DNA of 64,000 nucleotides, from IMG/VR virus record IMGVR_UViG_3300031519_004866. One strand, given 5' to 3'. This document shows positions 27,801 to 36,270 of the stretch, piece after piece. A program made the translations under genes and the position numbers. The first letter of the stretch is position 1. Each line of letters begins with the position of its first letter. The stretch is from a virus. Under the pieces are notes generated by a model. The model worked only from the letters and a program-made list of their open reading frames with translations. It did no database searches and had not been told where the DNA came from.

Positions 27801-30800
27801 GAAGTAACATTTGACTTTGATAAAGCACACATGCTAAAAGTTGATGACATGTTTGGTATTACTACTATTGTAGGGTTGAACAAATTTTGGAAAGTTAAAG
27901 CAGCAACTACTACTTCTATAACTGTACAACATACAGAAACGTTTGATGCAGCTGATGGATATGATCCTAGCACAGCAACATATCCAATGCTTCTTACTAC
28001 TGCACGATTTGGATCTTATGAATCAATGAATCCGGAACATGTTGCACTATTAACTAACGGCTCAAAAGTATTTGTAGATTCTAATGTAAATGGACGTTGG
28101 GAAGTAGCAGAAAAAACAAAACAATTTACACCAAGTAAAATTATTGATTTTGGTATTACTACTCCAGAAAGTGTTGGCAAGAAAACAGTATACAGTGATT
28201 TGTTAAAACAAGCTATTGTTGGTATTCCAGACGAAGGTAAAGTAGGTATCTATGTTAAAACTGCTACTGGCCTGTCATCTAAGCAATTATTAGAGCCACC
28301 GGTTTGGGCGCAATCAGCAGCTACTGGATCGTTTGGTAACGAAATTGCAATTTCGCCTGATAGTGAATGGCTTGTAGTCGGAGCTCCTTTAGCAAGTGGA
28401 ATTACAAGTAACTATAAAGGTGCTTTTAATGTAAATGCAAACTATCTTATTGGCGATATTGTTTTGTATGCTGGAAGACTTTACAAAGCTACTGACAACA
28501 TTCAAGGTGACGGTAGTACTATTGATGTTTACAGTAATGAATGGACAGAAGTACAAAACATAAAAGCAGTTAGTAGCGGGTCAAATGCAGGAGATTTTGA
28601 AACTGGAGCAATGTTTATATACCAGTATGGTTCTCAACAGTGGAATTTAATTGATATACAAGTAAGTCCAAGATTTTATGCTCGTGAAAGATTCGGTTCA
28701 AAAATTACATTAAGCAAAGATACCGCTGGCACATATTTTATGGCAGTATCTGCACCGGGTTCTCAGGATAACAAAGGGCGTGTGTATCTTTATACATACA
28801 ATGCTACTGATGGCTGGCGCTTAGATTATAACAAGAATTATAGAGGCACATATGCTGCTGATGATTCTACTTTTTATCCTAAAGGATCGATTGTTTATTC
28901 AAACGGTGAAATGTGGAAAGCATTAGTTGATAATGTATCCGACGGAAGTTCATTAACACTTTACTCAAATGACTGGCAAGTAATGGATCCAGTTACAACA
29001 GGTGCATCTTTACCACAATCACTTGCAACTGGCGATGACGGATCAACATTAGATGCAGGAATACTTGACGAGAATCAAATACTTGAAATGGTCAAACAAG
29101 ATGATCGTTTTGGTACCTCACTAGCAATGAATTATAATGGAACAATACTAGCTGTTGGAGCACCTAATAGTGACGGGCAGTATTTTCCAAATTATAAAGG
29201 GCTGTGGAAAAACAATTATGAATATAAGCACGGTGATGTTGTAAAATTTCAAAGCACATATCACCAATTACAAAACGAAGGTCCAAATGCAGTAGGTGCT
29301 GATAGCACTATTAGAAGCTACAACGAATTGCCTGATGCTGGCCAACCTTGGGTTAATGTTGGAGATAGTACAGATACTGCTTCAGGAAAAGTATTCCTTT
29401 ACAAGAAAGATACTAACTCAGGTGCTTATAATTTAATTCAACAAATTAATGCAGATTCATTACCATACCTAAGTGACCTTGATGCTAGTGAAGTTATTAG
29501 CTCAGGCGATAAGTTTGGATTTGCAATAGCATTAGATTATACTGGTAATACACTAGTTGTAACTAGCCCACTAGCAGATAAGAACTTCCAGAATCAAGGA
29601 AGTGCGTATGTATTCAAATATGATTCAGACTCAACAGAGTATGCTTATAGATTAAAACAGAAATTAACAAGTTTTACAAATTATCCAAATGAAATGTTTG
29701 GACAAGATATTTCAATATCTAGCGGAACAGAAATTATTGCAGTAGGAGCAACTAATTCTCCTTATGCATTACAAACTAGATTTGATGCTTCACAAACATC
29801 GTTTGATAGAACTAGAACTAGATTTAAAGACTATGACGGGTTTGCTGGAGCGGTTTATGTATTTGAGAAAAAAGGCACATCTGAAACATTCTTCTTAACA
29901 GAAAAACTTGATGATGCGCTTTCATTAAATGAATCTTTTGGATATAGTATTTCAGCATCGAGAGATGCAATACTAGTTGGCTCACCTGGATATATTTCTC
30001 CAGCACCGCACGGAGTTAATCTTGCATTTGAAGGCGACAAGACAGGTACAGTACGTTTATTTGAAAAAACTACAAACTCTAATTCATTAAACATTATTGG
30101 ATCACAGCCACTTACAGTTGATATTGATAAATTTAAAAGATTATCACTTTATGATACTGTTGATGATACAAAAATTATTGACATTGAAATATTTGATCCT
30201 GCTAAATTGAAATTATTAGCAGCAGCAGAAAGAGAACTATCGTTTAAAGTTCCATACGATCCTGCAATTTATAGCAATGGCACAGCAACCGATGCGGTTA
30301 TTGATAGCTCGATATGCTGGAAGTCTTCTAACGTAGGTAAACTATGGTGGGATATTTCTACAGCTAAATGGTATGACTACGAGCAAGGTGATGCATCATA
30401 TAGAATTGGATCATGGGGAGCATTAGCACCTGGCGCATCGATTGATATTTACGAATGGGTAGAATCAAAATTACTTCCATCTGAATGGGCAATTTTAGCA
30501 GACACTAACGAAGGAGTACCGTTGGGTATTTCAGGGCAACCACTGTATGCAGACGACTCTGCATATTGCGTTAGACAGGATTATAATCCTAACACTGGAT
30601 TACAAACAGAAACACTTTATTACTTCTGGGTTAAAGGAAAAGTAACTGTACCAAGCAATACTGATAGAGATATTTCAGCTGCTGATGTGTTTAACTTAAT
30701 TAACGATCCTAGTGCATTAGGACAAACCTATGCAGCATTTATTGATACAGACAAGTTTTTACTATTCAACTATAAGTCAACAGTTACAGAAGATTATTCA

Positions 30801-33800
30801 TTGTTTAACATTGAATATTATAATTCAACTGAACAACAAAATCAAGTACACAACGAATACCAACTATTAACAGAAGGTGTTTCAGACAGCTTACCTAGTT
30901 TATCATTAGAAAATAAATGGATTGATAGTTTGGTAGGGCGTGATATGCAAGGTAATAGAATACCTGCATCAGATCTTCCTGAAAAACAAAAATATGGTAT
31001 TGCTTTTAGACCAAGACAAAGTATGTTTGTTGAGAGAAGGGCAATCCTAAAAACACTTATTACTAATATTAATAAAGTGCTGCACAACGAAGCGTTTGCA
31101 GATTCTATTAATTTTAAAACACTTAATAGTGTAGATGCTGAGCCAAGTGTATTACTAAACTTGTATGATACAACAGCAGACACTTATATTGATTTATTAG
31201 AAGTTGGTACTACTAGAGTTAAAGCGTGTAAATTAAGGTCAAATATCATTGACAACGAAGTTAATTCTATTGATATTATTGATCCGGGCTTTGGTTATAA
31301 AATTGCTCCTTCTATCGAATTTGAAGGTGACGGTGTAAACGCAGAAGCAACTACTACCATTGATAGCCAAGGTAGAGTAACTGGAGTTACTATTGTAAAT
31401 CCAGGTAAACTTTACACTACAATTATTACTAAACCAAGACAGTTTAGTGTGTTAGTTAACAGTGATTCTACAGCACGAGGCTTTTGGAGCATTTACTCAT
31501 GGGACGATGTAAGAAAAACTTTTTACAGAAGTAGATCTCAAGCGTTTAACACACCAGCATATTGGTCCTACGCTGATTGGTGGGATAATGACTTTGGTCC
31601 TACATCAAGAATTATTCAAGAAATAATTAGTGTATATCAACTTCCAACTATTGAGGTTTCAATTGGCGACTTAATCCGTATTAAAGAATATGGTGCCGGC
31701 GGCTGGGCAGTGTTTAGAAAAGTTACTGATACTGAAAATGCAGGCCTAAACAATTATGTATTAATTGGTAGAGAACTAGGTACTATTCAACTATCGAATT
31801 TATTGTATGACGCATCATTAAATGGTGTAGGTTATGATAATGTTGATAGCTTTGATATTGACTTTTATGATAAAGAAGTATCATTTGAGTTAAGATACAT
31901 TATGAAAGCAATTAAAGAAGATATTTGTATTGGTGATTATGCTGTTGAGTGGAATAAATTATTCTTTACATCAGTGCGTTATGTATTTGCTGAACAAACA
32001 TACGTTGATTGGGCATTTAAAACTAGTTTCTTAAATGCAACTCACAATGTTGGAACATTAAAACAAAAAACAAATTATAGAAATGACAGTTTAGAAAGTT
32101 ATTTAGATTATATTAATGAAGTTAAACCATATAGTACAACAGTAAGAGAATACATCAGTAAGTATGATACTACTGATACTGCTAATGCAGGCATATCAGA
32201 CTTTGATTTACCTCCTTACTACTCAACAGAAGCAGGCAAAATTGTTCCTGTAAGTGCAAACGATAAAATAGTAAGTACATATCCATACAAATATTGGAAT
32301 GACAATAAAGGATATGAGATTACAGGTGTTAATATTTCTAATAAAGGTGCTGATTATACAGAAGCTCCTAGAGTATTGATCACTGGCGGCGGAGGCTCTG
32401 GAGCCAAAGCAACAGCATATATTACTAGTGGAAAAGTAGTTGGAATTAGACTATCTGAACACGGTGCTGGATACACATCAACCCCAACAGTAACGTTAGT
32501 TGGCGGAAATGGTACATCACCTAACACTGCCAACGCTGTTGCTATTCTAGGTAACGGTAAAGCACGTTCAATGCAACTTGGTATTAAGTTTGATAGGCTC
32601 TCTAAAACAGGACTTTATCAAAACTTTACTCAAGAAGAGAATTTTGTAGCAACGGGTTCAACTGCGGTGTTTAATTTAACATATCCTCCTACTAGACAAA
32701 AGTCAAATATTACAATTATACAGAACGGCCAACTTGTTCTTGACAACGAATACAATATTTCGTTGTACACATTAGACTCTGATGTTTATAAACAACTTAA
32801 AGGTAAAATTACCTTTAATACACCACCGGCAGCAAGTGATACAATTAAAATTACATATCAGAAAAACGATGAAATTTTAGATAGTGTTAGTAGAATTAAC
32901 AAATACTATTCTCCGGTCTCAGGCATGCTCGGTGACGAGCTTGACCAGCTTATGACAGGAATTGATTTTGGTGGAGTTCAAGTACAAGGAACAACATTTG
33001 AAGTAACTGGAGGCTGGGACGCTCTACCTTGGTTTACTGATAGTTGGGATAGTGTAGAAGCATCGGCTGATTACTACCATGTTGCAGACGGTAGCACACT
33101 TGATGTAGTATTACCATACACACCAGCAGACGGTCAAGTAATTAACATCTACTTAAAACGAGCAGGTATTGTTATACAAGACGATATTCAAGATCTACAA
33201 ATTGAACAAGGTGTACAAGAACCTCCTACACTTAGAATTGACGATCCAAACTACACAGAAAGTTGGGATTCATCAAGTACTGTTAATCCACATGCACAAA
33301 TGCCGACATTTGTTGGAGATGGTAGTACTAACATAGTTCATATTGGAGAAAATGTATCAACACAAACAGGCGATATATTAATATTCCGTCCTGCGGAAAG
33401 CGATGGCGCTGTTACTATTAATGATATTAACTTATTAGATACACAATTAACAGGTGGCACATTGTCAGCAATGGAAGGTGCTTATGCATCAGCAACAGGA
33501 TTAAGAGCTGAAGATATTGTTATTGATGGAGGCTCATATTTTAGTCCAGAACAAGTTGCTGCAACTGAAGAAAATGTTCCAGGACAAGTATTAGATAGTT
33601 TAAGTATTAAAGTATTTCAAAATACAACAGAGGATAGAGGTGCTCCTTTAAATGCAACTGTAAAACTTGGCGATGCTACAACAACTGTGTTTGGAATAGG
33701 TCAAAAAATTCTAGAATCTAAATCAGTTATTGTGTATGTTGATAGTATAAAACAATTACCGGCAACATATATTGTTAATATTGCATCTAGCACTATTGAA

Positions 33801-35597
33801 TTTTCAACTGCACCTGCATTAAATGCAAAAATTGAAATACTTTCAATTGGATTAGGCGGCATTGCTATTCTTGATTACCAAGAGTTTATTGCCGACGGCG
33901 AAACTAGCTTGTATCTAACAAATGCAAACTACGATGAAACTGCAACTATCTTTGTAACAGTTAACGGAGTACAAGAAGATACAGGATTTAGAAGTAGTAC
34001 TAACATACTACCCGAAACACCAGATAGAACATTAGTACAATTTGGTACAAATCCTGATAGACTTGCAATTATTAAAATTGTTGCATTAGGTGCGTCTACT
34101 GATGTTGATAGTACATTACAGTCTTTGATTAGAATTAACCAACAAGAATTTGTTTATGAAGGTAGTACTAGAAGTTACGATTTAGATAACTTTGTGCAGC
34201 TAACTAGAGAAAGCGCATTGGCATCTACTATTGTTGAAGTTAATAATAAGAAACTAAAAAGTGCTGATACTATCTATAATGTATACGACGGTGTAGTTAA
34301 AAAGTTTATTTTAGGTATTGATCCTATTGCATCATCTGGTTCTATTGTTCCAACTAATATTAAAGTTTATATTAACAACGAACTTAGAACATTCATTACA
34401 GATTATGTTTATAACGGTACAACTAAAGAATTAGAAATTACTGCTGAAAATCTAGCAGTGGGTGATGTTATTAAAATTGAAAACAATTTAAATGCACAGT
34501 ACTCTGTTGTTGGTAATAACATTATTATTAACGATACTACTTCATTAGTTGCAGGCGACACTATCAACGTAACTTGGTTTAGTGAATATCCGTCAATGCA
34601 AATCGTTACTGATCAATTCGCCGGCGGTAGATCATTTTACCCAATTGCGTTCAAACCACTTTCAGTAAGTTATGTTTGGATTTATAGAAACGGATTAAAG
34701 TTAACTCAGGATATAGATTATCAACTAGATGCAACTAGAGGCGCAATATACATTGAAGGCTCAAACGTAACTAGTGATGTTTTTGATATTGTTGCTTTTG
34801 GCACAAATGTATTTGCATTACCAAGTGCATACGAAGTCAGCAAAGACATGTTAAACAAAAATCATTATACTAGATATGCAATTACTGATAGTCTTGTACT
34901 TGATAAAGATTTAAATTATTACGATACTACTATTACATTAAAAGATGCGTCAACATTGTTTAATCCACAATCAACTATTAATTCAGCTGGTATTGTTGAG
35001 ATCAATGGAGAGAAAATTGAATACATGACTAAGCAAGGCAATGTGTTAGGACAACTAAGACGTGGCTCGCAGGGTACAGGAATTAATAATGTAACTGTAA
35101 AAGGTTCATTTGTAGTTGATCTAAGCAAAAACGAAATTATACCTTACAAAGATGTACATGAAAGATATGACTTTGTAAGTGATGGCAGTAGTCAGTTAAT
35201 AGGACCATTACCGTTCGTTCCTAAGCTAAGTACTGTTACAGATTGGTATGCAGGCGCAATTCCAGCTATTTACGGAAGATGTGATTCGATTGAAGTGTTT
35301 GCAGGCGGTAGAAGATTACGCAAGACTTACATTGAAGAATACGATGAAACTCTTAGCGCAACTAGCCCAATGGGTGATAAAAAAGTTGAAGCTGAATTTA
35401 GTGTTGACGGAGATACAGCGTATATTAGGCTAACAACGGTACCATCCGCAGGTACACGTATTAGTATTATTAAACAACAAGGAAAAGTATGGTACGATAG
35501 AGGCACAACCACTGCTACAACCGGCGCTACGCTGCTTAAAAACAGTTCACCGATTAGTCAGTTCATTGCTGCCAAGACATCAAAGTTACCGGAATAA
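21819..35597 (+). CDS. Giant (4592 aa) multi-domain baseplate/adhesin structural protein (gp7-position)
   Basis: Follows gp6. Contains about 6 CBM5/12-like W/Y..Y..GDIVxYxG..Y modules, FG-GAP-like FGxxIAIS...LxVGAP repeats and G(A/F)GY repeats. Confidence 0.7.
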   Translation: MADKKKFPKSDIPIRNSSDFLPTVFQTPANKKFLSGVLDPLVQPGVVDKTVGYIGKRYGKTYNGKDVYLDNDQTLRSRYQLEPGITVEENQEVKKFNDYIDLKSMLEFFGNTNERDDKTTEQEHYSWNPPVNWDKFINYREYYWVPAGTPSVDVYGQASNIQSTYKVKTGINSWVLSPDNITDNPDITLYRGQTYKFEVNSPQEGFYIRSNYDTGSLIFNPNKAYFAGELAVFDGKLWKCINNTSILDGSSITVDSQDWKLEANDAAFASLLYNQGVEGNGTTVGTITFTVPANSPDILYYQSDVSPNRLGRFIVADIDSNTFINVDKEIVGKKDYTTATGLAFTNGLVVDFRGQVEPAKYANNTWLVEGVGDSITLINFADLVPPPLATDTPEILFDNEGFDTQPFDDATQYPGNKDYITIARNSKDSNPWSRYNRWFHRSVLEQAFRLRGQDFDSLETARAKRPIIEFLPNIQLFNHGAVAKQTVDYVDDFTTDVFSNIEGSEGYNVDGEFLFEGARVLVISDTDNQANNKIYEVKFVKHNNKTQITLKETADSDSVFNEAVLIRRGTANSGRMYHYTGTNWVKSQAKIKANQSPLFDVFDSSGVSFGDAVTYPVSTFVGSNLVSYKVGTGTADTELGFALKYANINNVGDIVFDWNFETDKFVYTLSQTQYTKNTNVGYYKINDMYVNGWIATDKTFLQPIVDSYTLTVADSVAVFETVDWEKLPSNAIINFYLNGEAISTPYTRASSQFTFEKTFAINDVITIKVVADIVPDKGYYEIPVGIEKNPLNEQLKTFTLGQASDHLKSSLEFDKRIVGAIPGVSNLRDLADYQKHSKRFLKHSGFAAVSTMLINDKDLNVVKSLRHAKNAYTVFKQNIIKQSTILEFNDNTADFLDTIIESMTKTKTIDSPFADSDMIGAGAFTSTKYIVADIGITTFTLTENFNLDTLSRRAVYVYLNDNQLLVNTDYTINSAFGFIDISTTLEEDDRIEIREYVSTAFSHVPPTPTSIGVYPKFKPEMYLDDTYRTPKNVIQGHDGSKTTAYDDFRDDLLLEFEYRIYNNIKQQYDPAVFDIDKALGGYYGNATFTKEELDSVINQEFLSWVQNTNLSYTVNDAFVDGEPFTYTYSNMTDPTGTVNLPGYWRGVYKHFYDTDRPHTHPWEMLGFTEKPTWWDTEYGAAPYTNGNLVLWEDIQAGKIAQGTTAGIYPRYARSSILTHIPCDCDGNLLDPLTSGLAGNFQLINNRGSFKLGDVSPVEYAWKSSSEYPFAVTTALALLKPFDYLILNFDRAIAKRNIINQLVHTTTDTFLTLSQLQLPVSGTTQVAGLSYYLSSYIKSQGELISEAQKTISNINVRLTSRLSGFVDQEQQRYLLDSKNPSSSSTSVFIPQENYDIIFNVSSPISSATYSGVIFEKTASGWTINGYDNVNPYFKTYTPYPLQKDPVISVAGTSAAYSEWEAGKTFNNGQIVSYRGVFYRANSTHTQGDTFSKDKLVKLPDLPVDNAVIAQRRRSFNTFDVVNVSYGTEFNTIQSVVDFLLGYQEYLKGQGFNFANYDGTNQVVQDFVTAAKEFMYWSVHNWAQGSILTVSPGATRMDINLAVGVAESLLDGFYDYNVLNADGSALDPQFLDVSRSFQNVEISTTDTTQGIYLLKINYVVKEHVAIFDDKTVFNDTIFDKATGYRQERIKAQGFRTTDWDGDYTSPGFLFDNVSIGTWSPYYDYKLGDIVSYRSYKYTARSNHTSDETFLDSNWTLLDSEPVKQLIPNFDYRINQIEDYFDVSSEGLGKSQRDLARHTIGYQTRSYLENLSEDPTTQFQLYQGFIREKGTNNAVTKLFTKLGADTNTSAVDLNEEWGFRVGQLGGVDQSTKIEIKLETDKFQLNPQPVIIQPSAETTVDRYYRIDKTNFQYAPTPYSTNISPVSYDSKPVKTAGYVKFGQVDFTVTNKDSILDLDISLVNDNSHIWVTFDGPSWTVLRANTVYDLKITNVTSNDDNEVTFDFDKAHMLKVDDMFGITTIVGLNKFWKVKAATTTSITVQHTETFDAADGYDPSTATYPMLLTTARFGSYESMNPEHVALLTNGSKVFVDSNVNGRWEVAEKTKQFTPSKIIDFGITTPESVGKKTVYSDLLKQAIVGIPDEGKVGIYVKTATGLSSKQLLEPPVWAQSAATGSFGNEIAISPDSEWLVVGAPLASGITSNYKGAFNVNANYLIGDIVLYAGRLYKATDNIQGDGSTIDVYSNEWTEVQNIKAVSSGSNAGDFETGAMFIYQYGSQQWNLIDIQVSPRFYARERFGSKITLSKDTAGTYFMAVSAPGSQDNKGRVYLYTYNATDGWRLDYNKNYRGTYAADDSTFYPKGSIVYSNGEMWKALVDNVSDGSSLTLYSNDWQVMDPVTTGASLPQSLATGDDGSTLDAGILDENQILEMVKQDDRFGTSLAMNYNGTILAVGAPNSDGQYFPNYKGLWKNNYEYKHGDVVKFQSTYHQLQNEGPNAVGADSTIRSYNELPDAGQPWVNVGDSTDTASGKVFLYKKDTNSGAYNLIQQINADSLPYLSDLDASEVISSGDKFGFAIALDYTGNTLVVTSPLADKNFQNQGSAYVFKYDSDSTEYAYRLKQKLTSFTNYPNEMFGQDISISSGTEIIAVGATNSPYALQTRFDASQTSFDRTRTRFKDYDGFAGAVYVFEKKGTSETFFLTEKLDDALSLNESFGYSISASRDAILVGSPGYISPAPHGVNLAFEGDKTGTVRLFEKTTNSNSLNIIGSQPLTVDIDKFKRLSLYDTVDDTKIIDIEIFDPAKLKLLAAAERELSFKVPYDPAIYSNGTATDAVIDSSICWKSSNVGKLWWDISTAKWYDYEQGDASYRIGSWGALAPGASIDIYEWVESKLLPSEWAILADTNEGVPLGISGQPLYADDSAYCVRQDYNPNTGLQTETLYYFWVKGKVTVPSNTDRDISAADVFNLINDPSALGQTYAAFIDTDKFLLFNYKSTVTEDYSLFNIEYYNSTEQQNQVHNEYQLLTEGVSDSLPSLSLENKWIDSLVGRDMQGNRIPASDLPEKQKYGIAFRPRQSMFVERRAILKTLITNINKVLHNEAFADSINFKTLNSVDAEPSVLLNLYDTTADTYIDLLEVGTTRVKACKLRSNIIDNEVNSIDIIDPGFGYKIAPSIEFEGDGVNAEATTTIDSQGRVTGVTIVNPGKLYTTIITKPRQFSVLVNSDSTARGFWSIYSWDDVRKTFYRSRSQAFNTPAYWSYADWWDNDFGPTSRIIQEIISVYQLPTIEVSIGDLIRIKEYGAGGWAVFRKVTDTENAGLNNYVLIGRELGTIQLSNLLYDASLNGVGYDNVDSFDIDFYDKEVSFELRYIMKAIKEDICIGDYAVEWNKLFFTSVRYVFAEQTYVDWAFKTSFLNATHNVGTLKQKTNYRNDSLESYLDYINEVKPYSTTVREYISKYDTTDTANAGISDFDLPPYYSTEAGKIVPVSANDKIVSTYPYKYWNDNKGYEITGVNISNKGADYTEAPRVLITGGGGSGAKATAYITSGKVVGIRLSEHGAGYTSTPTVTLVGGNGTSPNTANAVAILGNGKARSMQLGIKFDRLSKTGLYQNFTQEENFVATGSTAVFNLTYPPTRQKSNITIIQNGQLVLDNEYNISLYTLDSDVYKQLKGKITFNTPPAASDTIKITYQKNDEILDSVSRINKYYSPVSGMLGDELDQLMTGIDFGGVQVQGTTFEVTGGWDALPWFTDSWDSVEASADYYHVADGSTLDVVLPYTPADGQVINIYLKRAGIVIQDDIQDLQIEQGVQEPPTLRIDDPNYTESWDSSSTVNPHAQMPTFVGDGSTNIVHIGENVSTQTGDILIFRPAESDGAVTINDINLLDTQLTGGTLSAMEGAYASATGLRAEDIVIDGGSYFSPEQVAATEENVPGQVLDSLSIKVFQNTTEDRGAPLNATVKLGDATTTVFGIGQKILESKSVIVYVDSIKQLPATYIVNIASSTIEFSTAPALNAKIEILSIGLGGIAILDYQEFIADGETSLYLTNANYDETATIFVTVNGVQEDTGFRSSTNILPETPDRTLVQFGTNPDRLAIIKIVALGASTDVDSTLQSLIRINQQEFVYEGSTRSYDLDNFVQLTRESALASTIVEVNNKKLKSADTIYNVYDGVVKKFILGIDPIASSGSIVPTNIKVYINNELRTFITDYVYNGTTKELEITAENLAVGDVIKIENNLNAQYSVVGNNIIINDTTSLVAGDTINVTWFSEYPSMQIVTDQFAGGRSFYPIAFKPLSVSYVWIYRNGLKLTQDIDYQLDATRGAIYIEGSNVTSDVFDIVAFGTNVFALPSAYEVSKDMLNKNHYTRYAITDSLVLDKDLNYYDTTITLKDASTLFNPQSTINSAGIVEINGEKIEYMTKQGNVLGQLRRGSQGTGINNVTVKGSFVVDLSKNEIIPYKDVHERYDFVSDGSSQLIGPLPFVPKLSTVTDWYAGAIPAIYGRCDSIEVFAGGRRLRKTYIEEYDETLSATSPMGDKKVEAEFSVDGDTAYIRLTTVPSAGTRISIIKQQGKVWYDRGTTTATTGATLLKNSSPISQFIAAKTSKLPE

Positions 35598-35604
35598 ATA
35601 CACT

Positions 35605-36267
35605 ATGAAACTGGAAGATAAACACATGTCAGATAAACAAAATAAAACGCCAAACAAACCTGGATTAAATGAGACCGGAGGGTTCCATTTTGAAGGGCAT
35701 ATTAAGATCTTCGATCCAGAAACAGGAGAAGTGTTTCAGGATAAGCGCAATGCTATTCATTATGAAAATATGAGTGTTGCAATAGTTAACAGTCTTTCAA
35801 ATCAAGGGATAGGCACTGTCTACGAAATGGCGTTTGGTAGCGGCGGTACTACTGTTGATCCTACAGGCTTAATTACATATCTAACACCTAACACAATCGG
35901 TGCAAACTCCAGTCTTTATAATCAAACATATACTAAAGTTGTTGATCAAAACTCAATTGCTAATGCTGACCCAGTAAGAAATAAAATGGAAATTAGACAT
36001 ATTAGCGGAGCAACATATAGTGATATTGTTATAACTTGTACATTAGATTACGGTGAGCCAGACGATCAACAAGCATTTGATAACAGTGTTGACATGGACA
36101 GTAACTTTGTTTTTGACGAGCTTGGACTTAAATGGTATGATCCAGCAGGAACAGGCAAACTTTTAACACATGTAGTTTTCCACCCAGTTCAAAAGTCGCT
36201 AAACAGACTCTTACAAATTGATTACACAATTAGGGTACAGAGCTTAACCGGCTTTACGGAGGTTTAA
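35605..36267 (+). CDS. Baseplate-fibre attachment / structural protein
   Basis: ATG 35605 follows ATAAATA (35594-35600). GHIKIFD...NAIHY...MAFGSGG...ELGL...HPVQKSLNR, located just before the fibre genes. Confidence 0.55.
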   Translation: MKLEDKHMSDKQNKTPNKPGLNETGGFHFEGHIKIFDPETGEVFQDKRNAIHYENMSVAIVNSLSNQGIGTVYEMAFGSGGTTVDPTGLITYLTPNTIGANSSLYNQTYTKVVDQNSIANADPVRNKMEIRHISGATYSDIVITCTLDYGEPDDQQAFDNSVDMDSNFVFDELGLKWYDPAGTGKLLTHVVFHPVQKSLNRLLQIDYTIRVQSLTGFTEV

Positions 36268-36270
36268 TAG

